This document shows, piece by piece, positions 28,059-42,879 of a DNA stretch of 64,000 nucleotides (the stretch's first letter is position 1; each line of letters starts with the position of its first letter). The position numbers were made by a program, and so were the translations under genes. The stretch is from NCBI RefSeq assembly GCF_964204645.1, contig NC_134036.1, forward strand, positions 4,928,600 through 4,992,599, given 5' to 3'. The DNA is from Tubulanus polymorphus. Its lineage: Eukaryota > Animalia > Nemertea. The notes below the pieces were generated by a model. That model had not been told where the DNA came from. It did not search any database and worked only from the letters and a program-made list of their open reading frames with translations.

Positions 28059-29420
28059 AGGATACTGACAATTAGCTTAGGGGACTTATATACCAACATC
28101 TACCCGAGAAAAAAGAAAAATAAACTATCGGACTATTTACACGAAGAAAACGAACAAAAATATAAAAAATGAACAAATTAATCATCAACCGTGTATATAG
28201 TTATTTCCAAAATTTCGATGTATTAGATAACACAGCCAAGAAAATTCACCCGGTTCAGACTGGTTGGAAGATTGTTTGAGTGAACCGAAACCGAATTACC
28301 TAATTTTGTACTGCGATTTAAACAAAACATTCTGTAAATTCTACCGCCGATCACACAACTAAATCCATACTTCGATTTGCGATTTCAAAATCAAACCCCC
28401 TGTTCCGCTCCTGGCAGGTGCGGTGGGTTCGTAAGGGACACTCAATCAAAAAAAAATGAACGAAATCTACCATCCAAATAATTAACAAGGTTAATCCCTA
28501 TTTTAAGGTCAAAGATCTATAGATTTCATTGTCGAAAAATTAACTCAAATGAACCCAATTTCTAGTCTAAAATAACCCTATTGAAGATGCCTCCTTTGTC
28601 AGATGAAGATTGTGTCCAACTTGCGAAGCAATGCGTCGACTAGCTTCTTTGGATTCAGGCCGTCAACGGAAGATGGGAAAATGAAAAACAAAATTCACAG
28701 ATATTGCAACTGTAGAGTCAATTCCTTTAAAAATTCCTCGTGCTGAATAGCGGATATACGTCACACGCATAAAAATTAGTCTTAAAAGCCCGTGTACTGT
28801 ACTGATTTTAAATTCAGTGTTTGATGAAAAAATAACATTTTCACTTGATTCGTAGAGTAGCTGTGTTAACCGGGTTTAGAATGAATAGACTCATTCACCT
28901 GATGAAGCTTCTATACTTAAATGGCCAAAGCTCGTGCGTTTAATAATTAGTTAACCTATACTAGTACTACACGTCTCGTTAATATCCATTTTTGCTTTTT
29001 AGTTAAATATTGAACGAGTCCATAATAAAAATTTGATATGAAAAGGCTAAACTTGGTCTTTAAGTCATTATTACTGATCCTCACAAATTGGGTTCATAGA
29101 ACACGGGGCAGGTTGTTCCAAGTCAGCCGATTAGATAAATGCGATATGGAGAGGGTGATTTTAACTGTCATATGTCAATCAACGTCCACTTAAAAGTCGA
29201 AAGATCCACTCGAGAACTGACCCTTGCAATATTCAACAGATCTGAACAAATAAAACCATGCTGAACAGCAATAGAATAGAAATAGAATAAGTCCTTCAAT
29301 TTTTTTAAGGCAAATATGAAAATACTTTAATCAGTATGTTTATTTGATATTATGCGTATTACGCCACAAGGAATGGAATTTCGAATTTAGAACGGAAATG
29401 TATTTCGGAAAACAAATTCT

Positions 29421-31595
<2,175 letters not shown>

Positions 31596-33865
31596 ATTGA
31601 GGGAGTTGTTGTAGGTACAGTAACACGTCAAGAAGACTTGAAGACTAAGAAGTGTCCGCTACGAATGGTTCCAACCGTTGCACGGCCGCGGTTATATACA
31701 CACACTCACAAGCGTTAGAGCGACGCGTCATCCATGGCAACCTCGAACCACACGCACAAACAGATCAGAACGCGTCGGTCAGCGCTCTGACACAATACGC
31801 CATGGCGACCGAGCCATTCACGATTAACGAGCCGTTCGGCGGCCGCTCGTCGCAACGCGGAAATCGGCTTGAATTATGCACGTTCGCGTATATATATCGA
31901 GATGTGTATTAATATAACAATACGTCCAGTGTTGTGCGTAGCGATTTTAGTTTGCTAGTATGGATTCTATGTTTATCGGAGCTTACTGGCTCGACGCGAC
32001 GGCCGTGCCAGTTCGTGTAGCGACGTGTTGATAGTATCGACTCGAATTGGCAACAACGAAGTACTTTACAGTTGCAAGCCTCCATGTTGTTGGAACCCTT
32101 TCGTTCAGCATTGTTTTAGACATTTTTCTTTATTTCAAAAACTACTTTGTGAAGCCAGGCGTTCTATCAAATATATTTCATTTGTCCATATATAGATTTT
32201 GACAGTTTTAGCGACATTAGTGTGAATCTTTGTCTGCTCTGGGGGATTAGAAACTTCCGTAAGCCTTCGTTGGCTTCATATTATCTCCTCCATATTTATT
32301 TAGAATATCCCATAATTATATATTTTGCACATCTGCATATTTTGCACATACGGAAATAAATTATAATCATTATTATTATTATTATTATTATTCAAAACCG
32401 TATGAATGCCTAGTTTTCAATTTATTTCTATAAATTAAGACAATGCGACATTATGAAAGCGATATTATAAAGCCAGCTTTTGTCACGCGTCGCTTTAAAG
32501 TATAAAGCCTACTAAAATTTTAAGTCAGTTATCTTTAAAAGAACGATATTTCAAGTGAAATCTTTAAAATTTAGATTTATCTCGCTTGTAGCTTGTATAT
32601 CTTGAATCGAAAACCCCGACCGAAGGTTAATTTAAAAAAAACGCCTCAACGAATTGTCCGAGTTGGACAGTGTCACAGTGGAGAGGACAGGAATAGATTG
32701 CGACCCTTTCTCCAGGGCGACGCTGTCAACAAACACAAATCGCCAAGGGTTCCGAGGTCGTGAACCCACAATTTAATGACCCTACAACGCTTAGACAATT
32801 TCATTTACAATTTCAGAAAAATGTCGTCCTAACGTGTCGTATAGGCGCTTTAAGTTCTGCCGCCTGGCGCGAACAATCGGTGGCCTATACTGGCGATCTA
32901 GTTAATGAAAGTTAACTGGCGATCTAGTTAATGAAGCTAATGAAATGATTAATTAGAAATTTCAAATCATTCTCTCCGTCGCTCCCGTTTCTGTAATCAG
33001 GTTCATTAGGACGGAATATAAGTTAGGTTTAATCGCTTTATTTCCCTTGTTAGCGTGTCAGACGATCGAACGCCGTAAATAAGGAACAGCGTTGCCAATA
33101 ACATTGATCGGAACTAAACAGGTCCCCATATCCGACGGTGCCTAAAAAAACTGCTCTAGATGGACTGACTACATTCAACGCACCTTCGACGGTTCAGTCG
33201 GATGTGACATATTAATCCGATAAACGAAGAAATAGAAAATGAGAATAAAATAGCTACCCTTTTTTTTAGAAATAATTATCTTTCTCAATCGGTCGATTAT
33301 AAATTGACACAGTAACCCTTGTTGCGTTGGACAATATCGCAATATGCAAATACGCGAAATAAGGGTTGACTTTTCAATCGACGTTTCATTCACGACTTTA
33401 ACGTTCTACGTCGCGGAGTACAGCTATCGATACCAGTGCGTCCTACTCGCCATGCGGTTATGTATTTATATCTCTTATATTCGCGACTACGATTTCTGCG
33501 CTAATGATATAGTACAGCGCGCTGCTTCACGTAATTGAGGCTTCGCTAATAGCTAAAATTGCCGGAATTATCTCACCGAAAGACGCGATCATCTCCGCGA
33601 AATTGCGGGGTATTTCGATTTCTAGTCGCAGACGGACTTGGCGTTAAAAACGTTCGCACTGAACGACTTCATAGTCTCTGAGCGTCAGCGCGCATTTGAC
33701 TCTGTTCAATTTGTTGGCTTGCCGCGCGTTAACCGTCACCGCAGTCATATTCCTGCACATAATTGGGAAGTTACTCGGATATAACTGCTTTCAAGATTGT
33801 AAGTTTCGAAAAACCCGTTTCTCTACTAACAAGCGGCTTCCTCGCGCTGTCTACGCGCTGAAACA

Positions 33866-35008
33866 ATGGCTTCGGAAAATGTATTGGATGGTGCTCAATT
33901 TCTCGACCTCAACGGATCGGACCTGACAACAACCACCACCGAGAAGGCGGGGTTTAAACCTCACCCTATGTGTAAATACGTGCACCATTCCGACTACAAA
34001 CCGCTGCGCGAGAATCTGATCATGCAAGTCGCAAATTACGTAATTTTCAGCATTGCCATCTACGGTTTCGGCACGAATTTACTGTCTTTTTTCATCCTCG
34101 GCAAAGAACGTTCAAACAACACCAGTATATTCTATTTGATGTGTATGTCAATTGCGGATATGTTGACATGTTTGTCCTACATTGTTTTCAACTTTCAATC
34201 TTGGCTCTACAGTCACACATTGTTACTGGACATGACTGCTGAAATAAACCACGCTATGAAGCGCATGTCGGCTTACACGCTACACATTCGAATCGTGTTT
34301 TCGGATATCAGCGATCTGATAACGTTGTTGATAGCTATAGACAGATATATCGTTGTTTGTTGGCCTTTTAAAGCTAAAAGAATCATAAGCGCGAAGAGAT
34401 GTTATATCTACGTCGCAGTCGTCGTGATCGTTTCGATTTGTGATCGGCTTCGGGAGTTTTTCAAATACTACGCCCGTCGCACTATTAATATGTGCACTGG
34501 AGAAGTAAGGTGGGCGTTCGGCTTGACCGCGTTTTCGTTGAGAAACATCTATTTGAGATACTACGAAGTGTTCGTAAGCGCGCCGCTGCTAACCGTCATC
34601 CCGACCGTGATAGTGGTTCTGATAACTATCCGATTGATTTTCACGTTGAGGCGCGCAGGAGCAGCGAGAAAAACCATGTCTACAACTAATCAAACTTCCA
34701 ACAGCAGCAGCAGCAGCAACGACCGTAGTTTAACACTGGCACTAATTCTCATTTCGTGTTTCTATATCGCTAAAAAAGCCTACACGTTCAGGGCGGTGAT
34801 TAAAAACTTGATAATAGCTTTATACGGCAGGGATAGCACCGTTAAAGGGGCTCCGCAATCTACTCTCATCGCGGTCCTGACTCAAAACATTGCCCGAATG
34901 ATCGTAGCGTCTAGTAATTTCGTTATCTATTGCGCTTCGAGGCGTCGCTTTCGTGATCAACTGAAAGCTATGTTTTCGTCGAGAAGGAATGGCGATAAGC
35001 TAAACTAA
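33866..35008 (+). CDS. FMRFamide-receptor-like GPCR paralogue 2, 380 aa
   Basis: Intact intronless 7TM ORF with DRY, NFVIY and the family N-terminus MASENV..AQFLDLNGSD. Confidence 0.92.
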   Translation: MASENVLDGAQFLDLNGSDLTTTTTEKAGFKPHPMCKYVHHSDYKPLRENLIMQVANYVIFSIAIYGFGTNLLSFFILGKERSNNTSIFYLMCMSIADMLTCLSYIVFNFQSWLYSHTLLLDMTAEINHAMKRMSAYTLHIRIVFSDISDLITLLIAIDRYIVVCWPFKAKRIISAKRCYIYVAVVVIVSICDRLREFFKYYARRTINMCTGEVRWAFGLTAFSLRNIYLRYYEVFVSAPLLTVIPTVIVVLITIRLIFTLRRAGAARKTMSTTNQTSNSSSSSNDRSLTLALILISCFYIAKKAYTFRAVIKNLIIALYGRDSTVKGAPQSTLIAVLTQNIARMIVASSNFVIYCASRRRFRDQLKAMFSSRRNGDKLN

Positions 35009-35469
35009 AAGACGCCAAACAAGAGCCAATGAAATGGTTAAAGGGAGCCCTGGAATTAATGACACCCACGTGCTTTTAGAAGGTTGTGAAACCAAGTTTT
35101 AGATACCGTTACTGACAAGAAGGATAAAATCCACAAGGTGGACTTAACCCGGACCACTCGCATGCTAGAAATAACATTAAGATATTAGGAAAGTAAAACA
35201 ATCAATCTAAATAAACTGACCGTGACTCGAAGCGGTATTTCAAAAATATTTGGTCGATGAAGATCAACTATAACACTGCGCTAGATGCGGGAAAACCAAG
35301 TGTATCTGCGAAAAAAAAGACGAATGAATAAATACATGGAAATAATTGTTTAAGCAGTTATGTAGCGAAACGAAATGAGAAAATAGAAATTAGGCAGCGA
35401 TAACATTGTGAACATAACTTTCCAAATGAGTGTTAACAGTTTGTTGACTCATATCTAACATTGGCACAA

Positions 35470-35690
35470 ATTTGCGCTGTATCTTTTTTATTTTAAGAAA
35501 CGAATTTTCAAGCAACATCAGTACATTCCATTTGAGGTGTTTGCCTGATGCGGACAAGTTCATTTGTGTGTTATTCGTTGTATTTGACTTTCACTACTGG
35601 CTCTACAGTCACACGCTGTTAGTTGACAAGACGGCTGAAATAAACCACGCTAGAAACCGGGTGAATTCATTCACTCAAAATATTGGATTT
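35470..35690 (+). pseudogene. GPCR fragment (ICL1-TM2-ECL1)
   Basis: Translates as ...SNISTFHLRCLPDADKFICVLFVVFDFHYWLYSHTLLVDKTAEINHA..., then homology stops. Confidence 0.8.
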
Positions 35691-37600
35691 TGTTTTTATT
35701 TCTATTTTCACCCTGGCAATTGGGCAATGTTGTTGATCGAAACGGTGAAAATGAATAACGAATCTTAAAAAAAACTTCGTAAATACCAGAAATCAAAGGT
35801 TTCAATCTAAAGAAATATGTCGGTGTATCTAAATTCTATCAATAGCTTTCGTTGCCCTAACTAATAGATATTTTTCTTTTTTTTGAGAGGGGGGGGGGGG
35901 CAAGTATCTTTCAATTCTAGACTATCACTGCAAATTGATGAGGCCCAGTATAGGGTAACAAGTTTTTCTTTCCCGGGTAGAGATGATATCACCATGAAAA
36001 AATAAAAATCTAAAAAACCTGGAAAATTCTAAACTTTTCCTGAGAAATTATAGAAAGCAACTTTGTGCTTGACTATATTATATAGTTACCCTTTAATTCA
36101 AACTAAAATTATAGTTATTGAAATATTACAGAAAACAACTGGCTTATTAAATGATTACATCTTAATCAAGCTGTTATCATTGTTTGTTATGTGTGTATAT
36201 TGTGTGTTAAGGGTTGACTGTCAGCATATTTTTTTTTTCTTTATTGCATTTCTCTTTTTTTTCTTCTTCACTTTTCTCTTTTGAGGGACCTGTTTTTTTT
36301 TATAAACTATTCCATAATTTCTACAGGCCCCTCCAGGTCTAGTTTGCTGTATTTTGTATTATGCTTTGTACACTATGCTGTAAATTATATTTGAAAAATA
36401 AAGTGTTCATTCATTCATAAAATAGCTCATTTGAAGCAACAAAATAATTGTAACAGCTAATCGGTGAATTCGGTGTTCCTATATTATCATTTTTACCTCA
36501 TTTCCCGCATAGATTATAACATAGTTTAATCCGGTACATCAGTTTTCCTAGAGAGCATATGATTGTATGATTAATGTAAAATGTTACAATATATCGGACG
36601 GATCACACAAAGAAGCAAGGCTCGTCGCATATGCTGACCCAAAAAATAGTTACAGAATAAATGGATAGAAAAGGCAAAAAACAACCAAAAAAGAAAAAAG
36701 AAACTTGCATTAAAGAAGAATAACTACACGACAAAAAAGATATGCATGCTATGGAAAAGATGGTCACCTAAGCTGCTGTACCATAGGAAAAACACTTAAT
36801 TTTTAATTAACACTTAGTCTTTAATTTGCTCTTGAATATCGAGAGAGAATAGCTAATGCTTAGCTATAGCTAATTGAAATCTCTCAAAACCATATATTGT
36901 GTGTAGTTTACTGGTCAACTCTGTCTCATATTTCGAATCACCGATTATTATCTCAAAAAATTGAAAACAAGTTCAGAAAAAGCGTCACGATTATTGGAAG
37001 CTACGTTTCGATTGGTTGATCGTGAATTGCCTCTTTAATTGGCCTCTTATTCGCACGAACGCAACATGCCGATACGCAAAATGAACGAGCAATTTTCGAC
37101 TGATGTCTTATACGTAACTTTCGTATTCTACACTGCGGTAAATAGCGGTAGACATTCTTCTGAGCGACGCGTGCTGCGGGTATTTTTTCACGTCTCAAAC
37201 GTTCGCGTCTTCGAATACTGCAATCGTAATGATATGGTGCAGTTCGCGTTCTGAGAAATTGCAGCCGCCGCGCTGTAGAAGCAAAAACGTTTTGCGCAGA
37301 TGGGCGTTGACTCTATAGATGATGCGGTATTTCGCTTTGTAGTCAACCGGAATAGACGATAACAGTTCTCGATACTCAACGGTCGTACGTCGTAGCGGCC
37401 GAAATCGCTAGGTAAACTTACGCGGGCGTTTCATCGAAAATCGCCTTCGGAATTTCGTGAAAATCGCAACTCATGAACACTGCCGACGTTGTCGGAAATA
37501 ACTGAGAGGCTATTGCCTGCAAGATCCGCCGATTTCGATATTTCTTAATGGTTGATTTCTCTATTAACGACCAGCGATTGTGTACCCAGCGCAGATTGAC

Positions 37601-38440
37601 ATGATGGCTTTAGAAAATGTGTCGGTTGTTGGCGCTCACTATCTCTACCTCAACGGATCGGACCCGACAACCACCACTGAGAAGACAGCAGGGTTTAAAC
37701 CTCATCCGCGGTGTAAACACGTCCATCATTCCGACTACAGACCGACGCACGAGAATCTGTTAATACAAGTCGCCAATTACGTTATTTTCAGCATCGCCGT
37801 CTTCGGTTTAGGCACGAATTTACTGTCTTTTATTATTCTCAGCAAAGACCGTTCAAACAACACCAGTATATTCTATTTGAGATGTTTGGCTGTTGCGGAC
37901 ATGTTTATTTGTTTGTCTTATATTATTTTTGACTTTCAGTTCCAGCTCTACAGTCATACATTGTTACTGGACATGACTGCTGAAATAAACCACGCTATGA
38001 AGCGCATGTACGCTTATACACTGAACATCCGACTCGTGTTTTCGGATATCAGTGATATGATAACATTGTTGATAGCTATAGACAGATATATCGTTGTTTG
38101 TTGGCCCCTGAAAGCTAAGAGAATCGTAAGCATTAAGAAGAACTACATCTATGTCGCTTTCGCAGTGATGATATCAGTTTGTGATCGGCTTCGGGAATTT
38201 TTCAAATATTCTACCGCCCGTTCCATCAATAGATGCACCGGGCACGAGATTTGGTATTTTAGATTGACCGCGTTTTCGTTGAAAAACGTCCATTTGAGAT
38301 ACTACGAGGTGTTCGCAAGCGCTCCATTACTGGTCGTTATCCCGACCGTGATCGTGGTTCTGATAACTATCCGATTGATTTTCACGTTGAGACGCGCAGG
38401 AGCAGCGAGAAAAACCATGTCTACAACTAATCAAACCTCT

Positions 38441-38476
<36 letters not shown>

Positions 38477-38755
38477 GACCGTAGTTTAACGCTGGCGCTA
38501 ATTCTCATTTCGTGTTTCTATATCGTGAAAAAAGCGTTCACGTTCAGGGCGGTGATAAAAAACTTGATCATAGCTTTATACGGCAGAAATCCCGCGGCAA
38601 AAAGTACTACGCAATCCACTCTGATCGCTCTCATCTCCCAGAATTTAGTCAGAATGATCGTGGCGTCCAGTAATTTCGTCATCTATTGCGTTTCGAGGCG
38701 TCGCTTTCGAAACCAACTGAACGCGATTTTTTTGCCGAAAAGAACTATCGATTAG
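37601..38755 (+). CDS. FMRFamide-receptor-like GPCR paralogue 3, 384 aa
   Basis: First ATG is 37601 (the track start at 37580 is GTG). Intact 7TM with an 11-Ser ICL3 tract. Confidence 0.92.
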
Positions 38756-40021
38756 CGGAAACTAGAATATACGAAATCTGAACTAGTGCCATAAAGTTAC
38801 CGATACCGGACAAAAGGGTTTTAGAAGGGGTATAAACCCGATTTAAAAGAAATCGACGCACTGATAAGCGGGGCTCGACCACAAAAGGGGCTTTCCCCGA
38901 ATGACTCGTACGTTGCAAATAACAGTAACATTTTACAACCTACTGCAGATGAAATGATAGAAAATGAACTTACCATAACACCGGGTAGTATTTTTAAATT
39001 TCCTATCGACGAAGGCCTTCTAACAATGCGCTGCATTCGACGCGCATAGCACTTCTATCTATCTCGATGTCGAATGAACTTGTATCTGAAAAACGAAATA
39101 AATCGCATGAATGATAAATTTCAATAGAATATTAAGGATCGAGTAAACGAAATAAAAATCAGTCGAACAGTCCATCCAGATAAACGATAAGCATTACAGA
39201 GATACAAAGCAAATCGTAATTCGAAATGAGTTTAAACGGTTCATTGACACGTTTTCTGGATCACATCGCCTCATCAGATGAAATACACGCGAATCAATTA
39301 GATAAAACTAACTTATAATTGCATTAATCTATATAATTAACATGTAGTTTAATTCTCATTTTTATTCGCGCATATTGCACTTGTTCAAGGGATACGATAC
39401 CGAGATTGTCTATCAATATTTTATCAATATCAGTACTTATCGATAGACTATTCACACTTATATTAGAAAATAACACCTTTTCTAGCAGTTTTCAACGCAA
39501 AATAATAAATAGCTTTGCAGAAGTTTTCTCGAAATAGCTCGGGACGTGCATTGCATTTTGCATTTTCTTGTTCATTAAACAAAGGGCGCTAATCGTAGGA
39601 CGTGCCGGTAATGCGCGGAGAGATTCAGCTTTAACGATCACGACCGATGTTTCGACCATCGCTTAGAAATATTCTAACGTAGCTTTAGGTAATTATCTGC
39701 ACGATTTAATGTTTTTTAAATAGATATTCGTATCTATTTCGCTGGTTAACGGTCCCGGCTCGAGCGAGCGCGTAATTTGTAATCGTAGCTTAACGGTAAA
39801 AAAAATACACGTTATAATTAGTTAGACGTTGACAACTCGAGAACTGCGGTATTTGAATTTCTTATTTTTCGGTGTCAGTGCGCACTTGACTTGATGCTGG
39901 TCCGACATTCGTTGTTGGTATGTTACTTCATAAAGCCAGATCTGAAGCTTTTGCAGTTTGAACAGATTGTTTCGCTATTTATTAACGACCAGAGACTGTG
40001 CGCTGTGCGCGAACTGAAATA

Positions 40022-41140
40022 ATGGCTTCAGAAAATGTATCGGTCGGCGCTCAGTTTCTCGACCTCAACGGATCGGACCTGACAACAACCACCACTGAGA
40101 AGGCGGGGTTTAAACCTCATTCGCGGTGTAAATACATCCATCACGCCGATTACAAACCGTTTCACGTGAATCTGTATCTACAGATCACGACTTACGTCAT
40201 TTTCAGCCTTGCCAATTTCGGTTTTGGTGCAAATTTACTGTCTTTTATCATTCTCAGCAAAGAACGTTCAAACAACACCAGTATATTCTATTTGAGATGT
40301 TTGGCTGTTGCGGACATGTTTATCTGTTTGTCGTTCGTTGTTTTTGACTTTCAGTATCGACTCTACAGTCACACATTGTTACTGGACATGACTGCTGAAA
40401 TGAACCACGTTATGAAGCGCATATATTCATACACTCAAAATGTTCGATTATTGTTTTCTGGAATCAGTGATCTGATAACATTGTTGATAGCTATAGACAG
40501 ATATATCGTTGTTTGTTGGCCTCTGAAAGCTGTTAGAATTATAAGCATGAAGAAGAGTTACGTCTTCGTCTTTTTCGTTGTGATCATCTCGATTTGTGGT
40601 CAGATTGAAAATTATTTCAAGTATAGAACTAAGCATTCCATCAATCCGTGCACTGGACACGAGAGATGGACTCAGAAATTGACCCCAGTAGCCAGAACCA
40701 TCTATTTGAGATATTACGAAGTTTTCGTCCGCGCTCCTTTATTCACTTTGATCCCGACAGTGATAGTAGTTCTGATAACTATCCGATTGATTTTCACGTT
40801 GAGACGCGCAGGAGCAGCGAGAAAAACAATGTCTACAAATAATCAAACTTCTAACAACAACAGCAGCAGCAGTGACCGTAGTTTAACACTGGCGTTAGTT
40901 CTCATTTCATGTTTCTATTTACTGAAAAAAGCGTTTCAATTAAGAGCCGCCATAATCAATTTCATACTAACAATAAACCGTAGCATTGGTAAAGGCTCGT
41001 TATCAACAATATTGAACCAAGTTCAAGGCATAGTCAGAATGGTCGTAGCGTCTTGTAATTTCGTCATTTATTGCGCTTCGAGGCGTCGCTTTCGGAACCA
41101 ACTGAAAGCGATGTGTTTGGTTAAGAAAAATCTCGAATAA
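40022..41140 (+). CDS. FMRFamide-receptor-like GPCR paralogue 4, 372 aa
   Basis: Homologous ATG (MASENVS) at 40022; intact 7TM. Confidence 0.92.
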   Translation: MASENVSVGAQFLDLNGSDLTTTTTEKAGFKPHSRCKYIHHADYKPFHVNLYLQITTYVIFSLANFGFGANLLSFIILSKERSNNTSIFYLRCLAVADMFICLSFVVFDFQYRLYSHTLLLDMTAEMNHVMKRIYSYTQNVRLLFSGISDLITLLIAIDRYIVVCWPLKAVRIISMKKSYVFVFFVVIISICGQIENYFKYRTKHSINPCTGHERWTQKLTPVARTIYLRYYEVFVRAPLFTLIPTVIVVLITIRLIFTLRRAGAARKTMSTNNQTSNNNSSSSDRSLTLALVLISCFYLLKKAFQLRAAIINFILTINRSIGKGSLSTILNQVQGIVRMVVASCNFVIYCASRRRFRNQLKAMCLVKKNLE

Positions 41141-41559
41141 CGATCTGCGAAACTCCAAAAAAATACCAGAACAAATTTAAAAGTAACGATTGCCCGGATA
41201 TCGATGATAAGAGACCAACGGCTTTTAGAAAGTAATACAACCCGATACAAGATACGGTATTGATAAGCGAGACACGCCCACAAGGGCTATCCCAAAATGT
41301 TGCACATGAAAATAACGTTATACACGAGATAGCACACATCGAAAATGAACTGTCTCCGAAGCGAGGCAGCGTTTTCAAATTTCCGATCAATGACGGCCGC
41401 CAACTAAAGCAGCATTAGAAAACAAATTGTATCCGAACAGAAGATGATTGAATACAAAAAAGGAATCACGATAAGAAATGACAAAGTCAGACACAGAATC
41501 GACCAACGTTTTAGTGCAATAGCCACACTCAAACGTGGTGAACGGATAATTAGATAAAA

Positions 41560-41675
41560 ACCAACTATGCACAAATTAAAAGCATTTTGAAATCGAGAAT
41601 TTATTTATCTAAAAAAAAAAATCTAAAATGTAAAATACACGACTTTTCGATCTCACCCTGATGATGATCTCTATC
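41560..41675. mobile_element. Penelope-like end remnant, same family as 22895-23035
   Basis: Minus strand GGGTGAGATCGAAAAGTCGTGTATTTTA matches 23005-23035, and abuts plus-strand CTGATGATGATCTC (5' half of a hammerhead-like motif). Confidence 0.45.
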
Positions 41676-42879
41676 AACGTTTTACTTGTAATGTTCTTAA
41701 ATTCGAACCGGATTTCGAATTCGAGTGTGATCGAATTGAAAATCGAGAAATTCGTGTTTTCGGTGTTTTTAAACGAACGATAAGATGATACGAGTTGTGC
41801 TATTGCCGCGTTGAGCTGTTATAGTAAAATTCGGCGCAAATCGTACTTCGAAAGTTAACTAAGAGATTACACAATTACGTAAGTACTATCTAATGTCTAT
41901 TACTGTTGTTCTAACATTTTTCTGAGTCAAGCATCTTATTCTGTAAGCCAAATATCATATTTCATAAGGAATTTAGTCATTAGTATATTATTTATAGCAA
42001 AAGATTATTATTTTCATTATTACTGATGTTATCATTAAGACAGCGTGTAGATTACTTGGTAGTACGAGCTTTCGGTACTACATCAAGCTGCGATCACACG
42101 AGCATCTTTGGCCCGAAGCTTATCCCTAGAAGATTTTGGTCAACTCCAAACCTTGAAAATACTAACTCCTCTGTACAAGAAACCCAAGGAATTCTGATGA
42201 ATCTTTCTAAATGTATTCGAATATGCTCAAATTAAATTGTACACATGTATACAATAGAGATATGAACCCCTCACGCTGTTGTACCGTCATTTAGTCAATG
42301 CGAATTGTGAAATTTGGGGACAATAATATTTGAATCTGAATCTGTGGCCAAATTTTGCACAATCAAAAACGTCGAACCCGGCCCCCGAGCCAAAACTTAG
42401 CGCGGGACACAAACATGATTGTTTTGTATCGAGTGAGTGGTTAACGTCTGAGCGCGCTCTCTAATTAGGCACGACTCAAATTTGGCTCGAGCCTGATCCG
42501 TGCAAATTTGGCCCGGGCAAATCGTCTCCGTGTGATCGTGGCTACAGTGTATACTATCGCTCGACCGTGTAATAAACAAGTAATCAGTCAGCGATAAATG
42601 AAGATAATTCATAGGAATAGTGACAATAGTCTGAAAATACATAATGAGTGAGCAGGGTACTAGAAATTGCTTAATTCATAAGAAACATGATGATGTACGG
42701 ACAGAATTCATGTCCAATCGGGGCCCCGCACCTGGATCAACTTAGAATGTGGCACAAGTTTATCGAAATTTCCTTTTTTATTTATCATTCATTGCGATTG
42801 ACGGTATAGTTTTTGGTGTTGGGACTAAATATGAAATCTTCTTAACCATAAAACTTTTCAATAAAATCTCGATTTCTAT

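Noticed and set aside
38821-41390. Minus-strand ORFs 38821-39036 and 41121-41390 as a conserved small gene
   Set aside because: Their similarity follows from sharing third codon positions with the plus-strand relic frame, and the start codon is not conserved in frame.
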